Shown piece after piece: positions 1 to 20,528 of a DNA stretch of 64,000 nt (position 1 is the stretch's first letter; every line of letters starts with the position of its first letter). The notes under the pieces are model-generated. The model saw nothing but the letters and a program-made list of their open reading frames with translations. It did no database searches and was not told the DNA's origin. Made by a program: the position numbers and the translations under genes. Location of the stretch: assembly GCA_002269645.1 (NCBI GenBank), contig NIVC01000801.1, positions 1 to 64,000 of the forward strand. Direction: 5' to 3'. Origin of the DNA: Macrostomum lignano. Taxonomy: Eukaryota.

Positions 1-46
1 CCCGACCTTCAAGTCGTGAGTCCGAAGCTCTGACCACTCGCTACAG
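1..46 (-). mobile_element. Head of another SINE copy cut by the window edge
   Basis: CCCGACCTT..TCGTGAGTCCGA.GCTCTGACCACT matches 47331-47368. Confidence 0.6.
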
Positions 47-59
47 AGCCAGGCACAGA

Positions 60-235
60 GTATGTACATGCCATGGTGTACATGCCACTGGAATGTAACA
101 TGCCCACTGGAATGTACATGCCACTGGAATGTACATGCCCACTGGAATGTACATGCCCACTGGAATGTACATGCCCCCTAATGGAATGTACAGCCACACT
201 GAATGTACATGCCACTGGAATGTACATGCCCGGAT
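60..235. repeat. About 18-bp tandem repeat (CCACTGGAATGTACATGC)
   Basis: About 9 units seen directly. Confidence 0.9.
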
Positions 236-654
236 CCATGATTTTACCGTAGGGGGGAGAGTCAACTGAAAACTTAAGCACAAGCCTGAAATTGAACGCA
301 AGACGTCTAATTAGAGATTAAAACATAAATTGCTAGCGGGGGGCCTGCCTATCGATAAGTGCTTCTGCACCTGCCGATGATAATTGGCTCTAATTAGTCC
401 AACGCCCCACCCCCACCCTTCCTGCGCGGCGCAATTCCGAATCCACTGGCCCAGATCAGTTCGCCAGCAAACTGCACAGGCGATTAAGAACACGGAATGG
501 CAAAAACTCCATGCAAAGGATTTTCCTCAGAAAGACTGCGGCCATATTTCAGTTCCGCTTCTGCAGAGCTGAGTTGTAATTTTATGGCTTTATGCCTGGA
601 TGGCGTAGCACCGAGGCTGGGCTTGTCGCAGTGACTGGGTTGCTGATAGATAGA

Positions 655-1580
655 TCTCTCCCGTCCGTCTCTGTCTCGCCTCTGCATCTCTCTCTCCCTA
701 CCCCATTTCTCTCCTCTCTGCCTCTCCGTCTTTCCCTCTCTCCTACCCCATTTCTCTCCCTCTCTGCTGCTCCTTCTTTCTCCTCTCCTCTTTCCCTCTC
801 TCCCTACCCCTTCTCTGCCTCTCTGCTCTCCTTCTTCCTCCCATCTCCTCTCTCCTCTCTCCCTACCCCATTTCTCTCCCTCTCACCCTACAAATTTCTT
901 CCCTCTCTCCCTCTTTCTCTTTCCCTCTCTCCCTACCCCATTTCTCTCCTCTCTCCCTCTTTCTCTTCCCTCTCTCCCTACCCTTTCTCTCCTCTCTCCC
1001 TACCCCATTTCTTTTCCCTCCCTCCCTACCCATTTCTTTCCCTCTCTCCCTACCCCTTTTCTCTCCCTCTCCCCTACCCCATTTCTTCCCTCTCTCCCTA
1101 CCCTATTTCTCTCCCTTCTCCTTCTCCCTCTTTCCCCTCTCTCCCTACCCCTTTCTCTCCCCTCTCTCCCTACCCCATTTCCTCTCCCTCTCTCCCTACC
1201 CATTTCTCTCCGGCTCTCTCCTTACCCATTTCTCTCCCTCTCACCCTACCCGCCATTCTCTCCCTCTCTCCCTCTTTCTTCTTTCCCTCTCTCCCTACCC
1301 CCTTTCTCTCCCTCTCGCCCTCTTTCTCTCTGCCTCTCCTTCTTCTCCTCTCCTTCTTTCTCTCCCTCTTTCTTCTCCTCCTCTAACGCCTCCCTCTTAC
1401 CCTCCCTTTTACCTACTCCCATTTAAATTTCGCCTCTCTCCCTCTCTCCCTCTCTATCTCTCCCGCTCTCTCCTCTCTCCTCCCTATCTACCTCTGTCCC
1501 TCCCTCCCTCTTTCTCTCCCTTTCCCTCTTCCCCTCTCCCCTCTATCTCTCCCTCTCTTTCCTCTCTAACCGCTAACCCT
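655..1580. repeat. CT-rich degenerate tandem repeat (CTCTCCCTACCCCATTT-like)
   Basis: Pyrimidine-only plus strand; source of ORF 592-1386. Confidence 0.9.
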
Positions 1581-2129
1581 CCTCTGCACTCCACTCTCTC
1601 CATCTCTCCAATCTCGAAGTCCACTTCATCTCGCGCACCTGGATTCCAGTCCAGGTTCTCTCTTCAGATCCTTCATTCGCTCTATGTTTTTTTTTCTGAT
1701 TAAAAAAAAGCATCTCAGCCTCAACTTCCGAAGAATACAGAAAAAAAATTATTAAAGAAATATGAACGAATGAAAAAATCATTTAATAAGTAGCAGCTCT
1801 CATTGTCAGATCCCTCAATCATAAAAAATTGTGATTTCTTTACGAGCAGGTTAATTAGCGCACCAGGTGGTACAACTGTAATGAATTGGATAATCTGCGA
1901 GTTGTTGTGAAAGATATTTTTTTGGCACAAAGTGGGCGATTTTCGGCGAAAGGAGGACAGACGCCGCCCACCATCCAGGATTCCCGTCTCAGATTTCCTA
2001 TCGATGTTTTTTCTCCAAATTTAGACCAGGCCCTCATCACGTGCCTCCGGTTTTGCTCGAGAAAGGGGTTTGGCCCCTTCTGACTGCATGACTCTTATTG
2101 CAATTGGAAATCCCGCCTTGGGGATAATG

Positions 2130-2890
2130 TTCATCTCATTCTCTCGCACAAGCCTCTCCTCAACCTCTTCTGACTCTCCTACTTCACCGTCTCCCTCTCA
2201 ACCTCGCCTCTCAATCTCCTTCCCCCTCTCCATCTCCCTCTCCATCTCCCTCTTCCTTTCCCTCTCCCGCTGCCACTCTACCCTCCCTCTCCATCTCCCT
2301 CGCCCGCTCTCCATCTCTCTCTCCGTCTCCATTTCAATCTCCCTCCCAATCTCTCCCTCCCAATCTCTCCCTACTCAATTTCTCTCGCTCCCTCCCTACC
2401 CCATTTCTCTCCCTCTCCCTCTCCTCGTCCCTCTCCCTCTCCCTCTCCTCTCCCTCTCCCTCTCCCCTCTCTCTCCCTCTCCTTCTCCATCTCTCTCCCC
2501 CTCTCCCTCTCTCTCTCCTCTCCCTCTCATCTCTCTCTCCCTCTCCCTCTCCCTCTCCCTCTCCCTCTCCAATCTCTCTCTCCGTCTCCATCTCTCTCTC
2601 CGTCTCCATTTCATCTCCCTCCCAATCTCTCCTACTCAATTTCTCTCCCTCCTGCCCTACCGCCCATTTCTCTCCTCTCCCTGTATCCCTCTCCCTCTCC
2701 CTCTCCCTCTCCTCTCCTCTCCCTCTCCCTCCCTCTCTCTCCCCTCCTTCTCCATCTCTCTCCCCCCTCTCCCTCCTCCTCTCTGCTCTCCTCTCCCTCT
2801 CCATCTCTCTCTCCCTCTCCATTTCTCTCCCTCTCCCTCTCCCTCTCCATCTCTCTCTTTCTCTCCTATGTCCCTCCCCTCTCTCTTTCC
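2130..2890. repeat. CT-rich low-complexity tract
   Basis: (CTCTCC)n-type degenerate repeat. Confidence 0.9.
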
Positions 2891-3249
2891 CCATCTTTTG
2901 GCATTCAATATTTTTGTTGCACAAGTTTTAAAATCCTATACAACCCAATCAGACGGGCAATCAGTACCACCTGAGCTACCTGTTCGCCCACAGTCAGCGC
3001 AATGCCAGTAGGCCTTGAAGCTCCTGCCTCATTCTAGAAGAAGATTTGGCTTGGCAATCCGACTCCAGTTTTCATGTCATTAAAAATGACATCTCAATAT
3101 TCCATTGTCTGTTTTGAGTGCTTAGTGAAACACCCACTTTTATTCCCGGACTGCCGTTGCAATAGTTTTCAGTTGTTTGAATGCAATTTTCCGCTTTACA
3201 TATTTATCCTTTGGCCTCAAATGCTTTTAAATTGCTGTTCGCCTCGCTT

Positions 3250-3545
3250 TCACCCTCCCTCTCACCCTCCCTCTCACCCTCCTCTCACCCTCCCTCTCTC
3301 CTCCCTCTAAACCCTCCCTCTCACCCTCCCTCTCACCCTCCCTCTCACCCTCCCTCTCACCCTCCCTCTCACCCTCCTCTCACCCTCCTCTCACCCTCCC
3401 TCCCTCTCCTCCCTCTAACCCTCCCTCTCACCCTCCCTCTCACCCTCCTCTCACCCTCCCTCTCACCCTCCTTTTCACCCTCCCTTTCTCCCTCCCTCTA
3501 GCCCTCCCTCTCACCCCTCCCTCCTTGTTTATCACACCTTCCCTC
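3250..3545. repeat. 12-bp tandem repeat (CTCTCACCCTCC)
   Basis: Seen directly. Confidence 0.9.
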
Positions 3546-4139
3546 TCTCCTTACATCTCAGTTTCCCCAGCAAAAGCATGGTCATCCCGCCTGTACACAA
3601 ATCGATCATTATTGAAACTTATGCCAAAAAATTACAACTATGGGTTACTGGGGTCATTGGTTTTTTCAAATTCTTTTTTTTTCAGCTTTTACTCAACGCA
3701 ATACGTCAAACTATTTATTTATTTAATTTTATTTGCATGTTAGATTGGAGCACCCAGCCGCTGAATATTGATGCTTGCTGGCTAATTTTTGCTGCTTGTC
3801 TCAAAGGAATTTTTGCATAGATGCTAAACTAAGCAATAACGAATTCATTGACATTTTCGCATGCATAGTGAATTAATTGTCAACTGCTCTACTTTGGTTA
3901 GTAGGAATGCGAGAATATGGAATACCGTTTTCATGAGATTTTGTGAAAATGATGAAATAAATTATATCTATACAATTTTTATAAGTTTGTCTTTATCTGG
4001 GACAGAATTATAATCCTGTTAGGCTTTTAAATCACCCGGACCTTCACTTCCTGAGTCGAAAAAACTGCTTGAGTCTCGCTTGCTTTCTTTTTTTCTGAAC
4101 GCAGCGAAATGGATTGTGCTAAAAATAGAAATCATGCCC

Positions 4140-4870
4140 ATGACTGCGACTGTGAATGACTGTGACTGTAAATAGTCGTGATTGTGAATGTCTGTGACTG
4201 AGAATGACTGTGATCGTGAACAATGAATGTGACTGTGAATGACTGTGACTGTGAATGACTGACTGTGAATGACTGTGACTGTGAATGACTGACTGTGAAT
4301 GACTGACTGTGAATGACTGTGACTGTGAATGACTGACTGTGAATGACTGTGACTGTGAATGACTGTGACTGTGAATGACTGACTGTGAATGACTGACTGT
4401 GAATGACTGTGACTGTGAATGACTGACTGTGAATGACTGTGACTGTGAATGACTGTGACTGTGAATGACTGACTGTGAATGACTGTGACTGTGAATGACT
4501 GACTGTGAATGACTGACTGCGAATGACTGTGACTGTGAATGACTGACTGTGAATGACTGACTGTGAATGACTGTGACTGTGAATGACTGACTGTGAATGA
4601 CTGACTGTGAATGACTGACTGTGAATGACTGACTGTGAATGACTGACTGTGAATGACTGACTGTGAATGACTGACTGTGAATGACTGACTGTGAATGACT
4701 GACTGTGAATGACTGACTGTGAATGACTGACTGTGAATGACTGACTGTGAATGACTGTGACTGTGAATGACTGACTGTGAATGACTGTGACTGTGAATGA
4801 CTGTGACTGTGAATGACTGACTGTGAATGACTGACTGTGAATGACTGTGACTGTGAAGACTGTGAGTCTG
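4140..4870. repeat. GACTGTGAAT/GACT compound tandem repeat
   Basis: 14- and 16-bp variants interleaved. Confidence 0.95.
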
Positions 4871-5449
4871 TGATGACCCGGCCGGCGGCTGCACCGCCCT
4901 GAAGGTCGCTGCTATCGAATATCTTGGTGACTCATTTCCATCCCGGCCCAATTTCGCCAGTCTAGCTATCCGAACAGGCATATTGTGAGGCCTGCAAGGC
5001 AAGCTCTGTATGCTCTGAGTTCCGGCTGAATGACCCCAGCAGGCAGATGAACAAAATTAACGGCCCCAGGCGGAATTCACCCAGCAATGACTCAGCTGCA
5101 CGCAAAAATGTGGGTCTCTGTTTAACCCCCAGCCAGCTGCTATGCAACTCGAATGTCGCAATGCCCTAGCAACCAAGAAGATTAGCAATATCAATGATGA
5201 TCAGAGAGCCCCTTTGCTCATTGGCCTCAGCTTTGGGCGAGTGATTTGTCAAAACTTCATTAAGCCTGACTTTGGGAGTCGCTAATTATAGGTTGAATTC
5301 GCAGGTGAACTGCCTGCTAATTGATGATGAGGAACAGCAGCTGGGTCTGCCGTGCCTCACTGCCCTTTTCATCACCAATTCACTCCGGCGCGCTGCATCT
5401 CTTTAACTCTCTCTTTGTCCGAAGGCCGGAGCAGCTCAGCGCCAAAAAG

Positions 5450-6190
5450 AGTGTACATGTACATTCTAGGGCCGCTGTACACCCTGTGTGAGCGTGTGCA
5501 TGTACATGCTATGGCCGCTGTACACCCTGTGTGAGCGTGTGCATGTACATGCTATGGCCGCTGTACACCCTGTGTGAGCGTGTGCATGTAAATGCTAGGG
5601 CCGCTGTTCACCCTGTGTGAGCGTGTGCATGTACATGCTATGGCCGCTGTACACCCTGTGTGAGCGTGTGCATGTACATGCTATGGCCGCTGTACACCCT
5701 GTGTGAGCGTGCACATGTACATGCTATGGCCGCTGTACACCCTGTGTGAGCGTGTGCATGTAAATGCTAGGCCGCTGTTCACCCTGTGTGAGCGTGTGCA
5801 TGTACATGCTATGGCCGCTGTACACCCTGTGTGAGCGTGTGCATGTACATGCTATGGCCGCTGTACACCCTGTGTGAGCGTGCACATGTACATGCTATGG
5901 CCGCTGTACACCCTGTGTGAGCGTGTGCATGTAAATGCTATGGTCGCTGTACACCCTGTGTGAGCGTGTGCATGTACATGCTATGGTCGCTGTACACCCT
6001 GTGTGAGCGTGTGCATGTACATGCTATGGCCGCTGTACACCCTGTGTGAGCGTGTGCATGTACATGCTATGGCCGCTGTACACCCTGTGTGAGCGTGTGC
6101 ATGTACATGCTATGGCCGCTGTACACCCTGTGTGAGCGTGTGCATGTACATGCTATGGCCGCTGTGCACCCTGTGTGAGCGTGTGCATCC
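5450..6190. repeat. 43-bp minisatellite, about 17 copies
   Basis: Unit GTACATGCTATGGCCGCTGTACACCCTGTGTGAGCGTGTGCAT; period read from 5471 to 5514. Confidence 0.95.
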
Positions 6191-6344
6191 TGAGCGCTTG
6201 TGTGTGCTCAGGAGTCAGCGGAATGGGCAGAATGACCGCCGTCAGCGCTAGTGCTGCGTGACGATGTCGCGACAGGGTGCCCGCAGCCCTCCCGAAGGCA
6301 TTGATTTGTGCTCGATGCCACTGTGCCAACTAAGTTGATTTAAA

Positions 6345-7050
6345 CCTCTTCTCTCCCTCTCTCTCCCTCCACCTCTCTGTCATACCTTTGTCTCCCTCGT
6401 ACCCTCTCTCTCCTTATCCAAATCTCCCCCTCTCACTCTCCATCTCTCTCTTGCCCTATCCACCTCTCTCCCTCTCCTTGTTCCCCTCTCTTTCTCCCTG
6501 TTCCCTTTCTCCCTCCCTCTCTCCCTCTCTGTCTCAATATCTGTCTCCCTCTCTGTCTCCCTCTCTGTCTCCCTCTCTGTCTCCCTCTCACCCTCTCTCC
6601 CTCTCTCCCTCCCTCTCTCCCTCTCTGTCTCCCTCTCACCCTCTCTCCCTCTCTCCCTCCCTCTCTCCCTCTCTCCCCCTCTCTCCCTCTCTGTCTCCCT
6701 CTCTCCCTCTCTGTCTCCCTCTCTGTCTCCCTCTCTGTCTCCCTCTCTGTCTCCCTCTCTGTCTCCCTCTCTGTCTCCCTCTCTGTCTCCCTCTCTGTCT
6801 CCCTCTCTGTCTCCCTCTCACCCTCTCTCCCTCTCTCCCTCCCTCTCTCTCTCTCCCTCTCTCTCTCCCTCCCTCTCTCCCTCTCTGTCTCCCTCTCTCT
6901 CTCCCTCTCTCTCTCCCTCTCTCTCTCCCTCCCTCTCTCCCTCTCTGTCTCCCTCTCTGTCTCCCTTTCCGTCTCTCCCCCTGTCCCTCACTCTCTCCCT
7001 CTCCACCGACCTCTTTCTTTCACTTCTTCTTCTCCCCTCTGTGCCTGTCC
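6345..7050. repeat. CT-rich 12-bp repeat (CTCTCTGTCTCC)
   Basis: Seen directly. Confidence 0.9.
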
Positions 7051-7669
7051 TCTCAACCAGACTTGAAAGCCTGAAGGCATATCAATTTTGACACCTCTAA
7101 GACGACTAAATAAGCATAGAAATTAAGCTCCCAAAACACCGCATCTTATGTGGCAATCCTCATAGCCTCCTTAAGTCCGTCCCATGGCCCTAGCAACAAG
7201 ACTCTGAGTGCATCTGACCGCGTCAAACAGAATCAACAATGCGCCACCCGTCTTTTGTGTCTTTCAAGTTTTTTAAGTTTGCTGACTGGTGAATGAGACT
7301 CGATAAGAATAGGTGAATCTGTCCGCGAGTTTAGCGAACCCTGTCTTGACAGCTCTTGACACCTGCGCCTCCGTTCTCAACGGTTGGAAGAATAATTAAT
7401 TATAGGAGATTTTTTACAAAAAATATCGATTGGAAATTTTTCTCCACGCACCCGTGATCAGAGAGTTTCTATGGCGGGGAAATGTGGCAGTTTTTGTGAC
7501 ACTTTTTTATTGCCGAAATTAATTGAAATGCATAGCGGCATCTTCAACGAGATCTGAGGATTCCAGCTCATGGTAACTGCTCAAGGGTGACGGTGCCGGA
7601 AGTACAGTTTGGCGTGCTTGCTCCCCGTCTGCTTTTAAAAAAAGGAAGAGAAGCAGATGGAGCGGTAAA

Positions 7670-7980
7670 GGAAGAGGAAGAGGGAGAGGGAGAGGGAGAG
7701 GGAGATGGGGGGAGAGAGGTAGAGGGAGAGAGAGAGGTAGGTGGAAAGAGATGGAGAGGAAGAGAGATGGTAAGGGAGAGGGAGATCTAGAGAGAAGGCA
7801 GAGGAAGACGGAGACGGAGAGGGAAAGAAGGAGAGGTAGAGGTAGAGGGAGAGAGATGGAGAGCGAGAGTAAGAGAGTGAGAGGGAGAGGGAGAGAGGGA
7901 GATCTAGAGAGAGGGAGAGGGAGAGAGAGGGAGAGAGGGAGATCTAGAGAGAGGGAGAGAGAGGGGTAGAGGGAGAGGCT
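7670..7980. repeat. GA-rich low-complexity tract
   Basis: (GAGAGG)n-type. Confidence 0.85.
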
Positions 7981-8419
7981 GGAACAGGCACGCCATCATG
8001 CAGGCAGCTGGAGCAGTGGAGCACTGAAGCAATTTGTTATCTGATCGGGGCTGTCGATAATTTTCTCACCTCAAAGCCAACACAGACGGATACAGAATTG
8101 CCAATTCAAATTGAGCAATGTTTACCTGGCATTGAATGCTTAACCGCCCTTTGGGGTATAAAATATGCTAACCTTTCTGACAGGCAGTTTTACAGTCTTG
8201 CCGCTGGCTGAATGACGTCATCAAACACAATCCAAGGGTTTGTGAATAAATCTATCTAGTAATTTGATTTCACCTTGGCATTGGCAAACAATGAAGTTGC
8301 GCAGACCATTTAGAATTTGATTTACCCAATGCGACCGACTCAGAATATTGAATTGCCTCTTCAACTTGAAAACAAATGGGTTTTAATATGCTCTGCCATC
8401 TGTCTGCCTCCCGTGTCCC

Positions 8420-8839
<420 letters not shown>

Positions 8840-9295
8840 AAATGGTAGAAGGATTTATATTTCACTTTAAAAAACTATCACAAAGCCACTGTAACAAATT
8901 AAACTTCGAAAAGGAAACACTCAATCTTGTGAATGGCATGTATATTTAGTGTTGTAAAACTTTTTCTCCCTTCGCTCAAAGCGGGATATCCAAAACAGAT
9001 TGATATTTGGGGCAAAGGACGCTGGGCTTTTCACGCGGTTGGCCTGCTTTCTAATCTCTATGCAATGTTAATTAATTAGAATTACAAATTATTACTGATA
9101 TTATGTAATTTTCGATACATATCAGCACTATCCTAGACCAACAAATAGCGTTAAAAATAACTTTTAGTTTGATAGGCGACAATAATTAATAATAGCGGGA
9201 TCCGTTTGAAAACCTTTACACTCTACTGTTCTCGATCGTTAGTAGCATAGTAAGCATATTTCGTTAATTTTTGATATATTCCGTAAAAAAAGTTT

Positions 9296-15553
<6,258 letters not shown>

Positions 15554-15954
15554 CTTACTATCTTTACAATGTAAGATGGTTCAAAACATTGAGACGCTGC
15601 AAAATACGATTGAAAAATTTAATTTAAAAAACGTGGTTACTACACTGCCACTTTAAAGTTGTAATCAAGACAAAGAAAATCAGACGTGAATATAAATAAA
15701 AGTAAATTTAGGGCTATTTAAAGAAACACCTTCACTCAAAAGATTCTGAACATCTAATAAAAGTTTACACTTGTTTTAACCATCATTATTATTAATACGG
15801 GTCGGGCGAAAATTCAAATTACCATGCATTTTTGCACACTTCGCCTACTTCTACTTTACCTGTCACCCTACGGCCTACATCTATTACTGTAATAACTATT
15901 CACGCATTTTGTATTTTTATCTGTACCTAGAAACTTGCTGAACGAAATTCGAAA
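15554..15954. promoter_or_regulatory. Shared divergent promoter region of CFAP210 and CCT3
   Basis: The two ATGs (15553 on minus, 15955 on plus) face away from each other with 401 bp of AT-rich DNA between them. A pyrimidine tract ending in CTAG (15930) lies 24 nt before the CCT3 ATG. Confidence 0.65.
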
Positions 15955-18900
15955 ATGTCTGGAGGCACTCCCGTTATCGTCTTGAGTAAGCATTTCTACT
16001 TATGACATTATCCTATTGAAATTTTATATTATTACATTTTTTTTCTTTTCCAAAGCACAACTACTTTTTAGTTATTCACAAAAGTCTAAGATTATAAAGA
16101 AGAAATAGGATGGGCATTAAAGCAATTAGCTATAAATAGAATTTGTCATCAAATAGCTGAAAAGCTAATAATCAAATGTATTAACAAGTTAGTTGTTAAG
16201 TTTTAACAAAAAACTTATTTAGAATTTTAAGCCATGCCCATTAAAATATACAATAAAGTGCAGCATATTCATCAGAATAAAAACATCTGAATCTGTTGCT
16301 GTATGCTATGCACTGCTAAAACAAAGGTGCCACCAAATTTGTCAACTCTATTGACAAATCCAGTTTACCCCACACTCCAGTCTCCAGATCATGTAGTATA
16401 TGCCCCAAAAATTTGGGCATGCATTGGCCTTGCATGCCAAAAGTAGGCGTGCACAGTTGGCATGCATCACTTCTAAGAAAATACACCTGGCATGCACTTT
16501 ATAGAATCACATAGAGGAGTTATTGTAAAGTAAAAAAGGTAAAAAAAGTTCATTCTTAAGCATAAATTTCCCACTTTCTGGGTTTTAAAGCTTGTAATAA
16601 GGCATTTAAAGAAATCTTTGCATGTATCAATTTTCCATTGTATATAGGCATAGTATTGCCAAAAAGGCAGAAAATTAACCAAATTATCTGTCAAAAATGG
16701 TCTATTATACAATGAAAAAAGGTATAAATTTATTCTTACAATGTAAGAAGGTCATTTATTGTTGCAACATTGGCAAAGTTTTAAGAATGGGCATGCACTC
16801 AAATTTTTTTTGGTGTGCATTTGTACCTATCAATTTTTGTTTAGGCGTACACCTAGCATGATCCAGACTATGGAGTTTACCTTACCATGCATTGTTGACA
16901 AATTTAGTTTACTTGACAATACATATGCTATTTATTAGTATATTTATTTACTATACACTAAAAACTGAAAGACAAAGCCTATTGAGAAGATACATAAAAG
17001 ATAACAAAGGAAGAATGGTTTTCTTATTAATTTTTTATAAGCTGTTAATACCCATAGATTTTAAACCCTTTGATTTCAAATATTAAATCCCTGAAACTAT
17101 TTTTGCACACATTTTGAAATCTGAAGTCCAAAACCTTGTTAATGGTTGAGATAACTAAAACTTGGGATTAAATTTGAATTAAAATGACTTACTTCACTCA
17201 AGAGATGCAATAAAGCATACATGTGCAACTGCTGGCTGATCTGGCCACCATAAATTGTGGTGGACCAGGGGTAAGTCGCTAAAATGCCACCCCAAAGAAT
17301 ATGGACATAGTACTAATTAGATGCCGAGGCATTTTGGCCTGATGGGACAGTCAAAGTTACTCCTGCCATTTACCTAAAAATTTTAATTTTGCTTTAAGGT
17401 TTCCTTCACAAGTAAGTTGCATTTTTGGTCAAAAAGTAAGTCGCATGGCCAGTGTAAATCAGGGGGGGTTGCGCATGTATGTAAAGTGTAATAAAGCATA
17501 TGCAGCACATAAACCACTGATAGATAGTCTCCCCCATTTTTTTAAGTAGGAAAGCATCAATGATACTTGACAAATCTTGCTTAAGACATTTTTAGTTTCA
17601 ATATATCTCAAAAATAAAAAAAACCTTGTATGTATCATATGCCATTGCATTATTCCTACTGCTTGAGTAGACACTATAATTAATTTCTATTGGTACTTAT
17701 AAATTCTCTTAATTAGTTTATTTTAACTTTTAAATAATAATTCTGGGCCTATAATCTTTCTTACTTGTGTTTGTTCTGGAAGAAAATTGATGAATTTTCA
17801 TTATTTATGCCAGAATTTTGATGGTGGCTACACACTTGGTGCAATGGACCAGGTTGATGCTGGCTATCTATGAATTCAGAATAAAAACTAGCAATGGCAT
17901 TGTATACATGCATAAATAAAAATGAATACAATTTTTAAAAGTTACATTTGAAAATGATTTGTGGACAATGGCATCAGATAGTTAATTTACAGAAAATCTG
18001 CTAATAAAGTCAATTTTTTAATTGAAAGTGCTTATTATTACTAAGAGTATTTTGATTCCTAGTGTTTTATACGGCATTAAAAAACTAACATCAGAGCTTA
18101 AGTTATGTTTGTTATCAAATGAATAAAAAATTCAAATTCCAACATGTATTGTGTTTGCTGCATATTCAACCCTGCACTGCAGTTCCAACCCCATCTGTCC
18201 AACCCCACCCCATAACTAGATCAAAACACCAAACGCGAGCAAGGTCGCAAAGTTCAACTGACCAACATCCAGTCTGCCAAGACTGTGGCTGATGTCATTC
18301 GTACATGCCTGGGCCCCCAGGCTATGCTCAAAATGCTCATGGACCCCATGGGCGGCATTGTCATGACCAACGATGGCAATGCCATCCTGCGCGAGATCAC
18401 CGTGCAGCACCCGGCCGCCAAGAGCATGATCGAGATCGCCCGCACCCAGGACGAGGAAGTGGGCGACGGCACCACCTCCGTGATCATCCTGGCTGGGGAG
18501 ATCCTGGCCGTGTCCACCGCTTTTCTGGAGCAGAGCATCCATCCTACCATTATCATCACCGCCTACAGGCAGGCGCTGGAGGATATGCTCGAGATGGTGA
18601 GCAGTACTAACTCCAATACTGGCTGGTTTAATGTCACCCCCTGAATCTCAATAATATCATCCCTGAATCTCAATAATCTCATCCCTGAATCTCAAATATC
18701 TCACCCCTGAATCTCAACTATCTCACACCTGAATCTCAACTATCTCACCCCTGACTCTCAACTATCTCACACCTGAATCTCAACTATCTCACCCCTGAAT
18801 CTCAATAATTACATCCCCGAATCTCAATAATTACATCCCCGAATCTCAACTATCCCACTCCTGAATCTCCTAAATCTCATTTTAACTATCTCATCCTTGA

Positions 18901-20339
18901 ATCTCAATTATCTCACCCTGAATCTCACAAATCTCATCCCTGAATCTCAACGATCTCACCCCTGATTCTTAACTATCTTATCCCTGAATCTCAGCAATCT
19001 CACATCAGAATCTGAATTATCTCATCCCTGAATCTCAAAAGTCCCTCCCACCCCTTAATCTCAACTATCTCATTCCTGAATCTCAGAAATCTCACCTCAG
19101 AATCTTAACTATCTCATCCCTGAATCTCAACTTTCTCCTGCCTGAATCTCAGCAATCTCACCCCTGAATCTCAACTATCTCATCCGTGGATCTGAATTAT
19201 CTCATTCCTGAATCTGAGCAATCTCATTCCTGAATCTCATCCCTGAATCTCAACAATCTCGCCCCGAACCCGCAGGCCTCCAGTCGCTACTCCGTAGACG
19301 TGGACACCAACGACACGGACAAGATGCACGAGCTGATCCGCACCTGCCTCGGCACCCGAGTGCACACCCAGTGGAACCAGGTGGCCTGCCGCATCGCCCT
19401 GGACGCGGTGCGCACGGTGCACAAGGAGAGGGGGTCGGACGGCCAGGCCCAGGAAATCGACATCAAGCGCTACGCTCGCATTGAGAAAATTCCTGGCGGC
19501 AGCATCGAGGACTCCTGCGTGCTGGACGGCATCATGATCAACAAGGACGTGGTGCACCCGCAGATGCGCCGGCGCATTGCCAATCGCGCATTGTGCTGCT
19601 GGACTGCGACCTCGAGTACAAGAAAGGCGAGAGCCAGACCAATGTGGAAATCCGCCAGGAGGAGGACTTCACGCGCCTGCTGCAGCTGGAGGAAGAGTAC
19701 ATCAAGACCGTCTGCCAGGCTGTGCTGGCCGTCAAGCCCGACCTGGTCATCACCGAGAAGGGCGTCAGCGACCTCGCCCAGCACTACCTGGTCAAGGCCG
19801 GCGTGTCCGTGCTGCGCCGCCTGCGCCGCACCGACCAGTGGCGAGTGGCCCGCGCCATCGGGGCCACCATTGTTAACCGGCCTGACGAGCTCAAGGAGGA
19901 GGACATTGGCACTGGCTGTGGCCTGTTTGAGGTCTGTGAGCTGTCTGTGTGCCTGTCTGTGTGCCTGTCTGTGTGTCTGTCTGTGTGTCTGTCTGTGTGC
20001 CTGTCTGTGTGCCTGTCTGTGTGTCTGTCTGTGTGCCTGTCTGTGAGCTGTCTGTGTGCCTGTCTGTGTGCCTGTCTGTGTGCCTGTCTGTGTGCCTGTC
20101 TGTGTGCCTGTCTGTGTGTCTGTCTGTGTGCCTGTCTGTGAGCTGTCTGTGTGCCTGTCTGTGTGCCTGTCTGTGTGCCTGTCTGTGTGCCTGTCTGTGT
20201 GCCTGTCTGTGTGCCTGTCTGTGTGCCTGTCTGTGTGCCTGTCTGTGTGCCTGTCTGTGTGCCTGTCTGTGTGTCTCTCTGTCTGTCTGTCCGTGTGCCT
20301 GTCTGTCTGTCTGTCTGTCTGTCTGTCTGCCTGTCTGTA

Positions 20340-20384
<45 letters not shown>

Positions 20385-20419
20385 GCCTGTCTGTATGTCT
20401 GTCTTAGTGTCTGTCTTAG

Positions 20420-20494
<75 letters not shown>

Positions 20495-20495
20495 G

Positions 20496-20528
<33 letters not shown>

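Noticed and set aside
5450-6190. Regular 43-bp array (and the 62-bp and 151-bp arrays) as possible CRISPR
   Set aside because: Units are contiguous with no unique spacers, there are no cas genes, and the context is eukaryotic.
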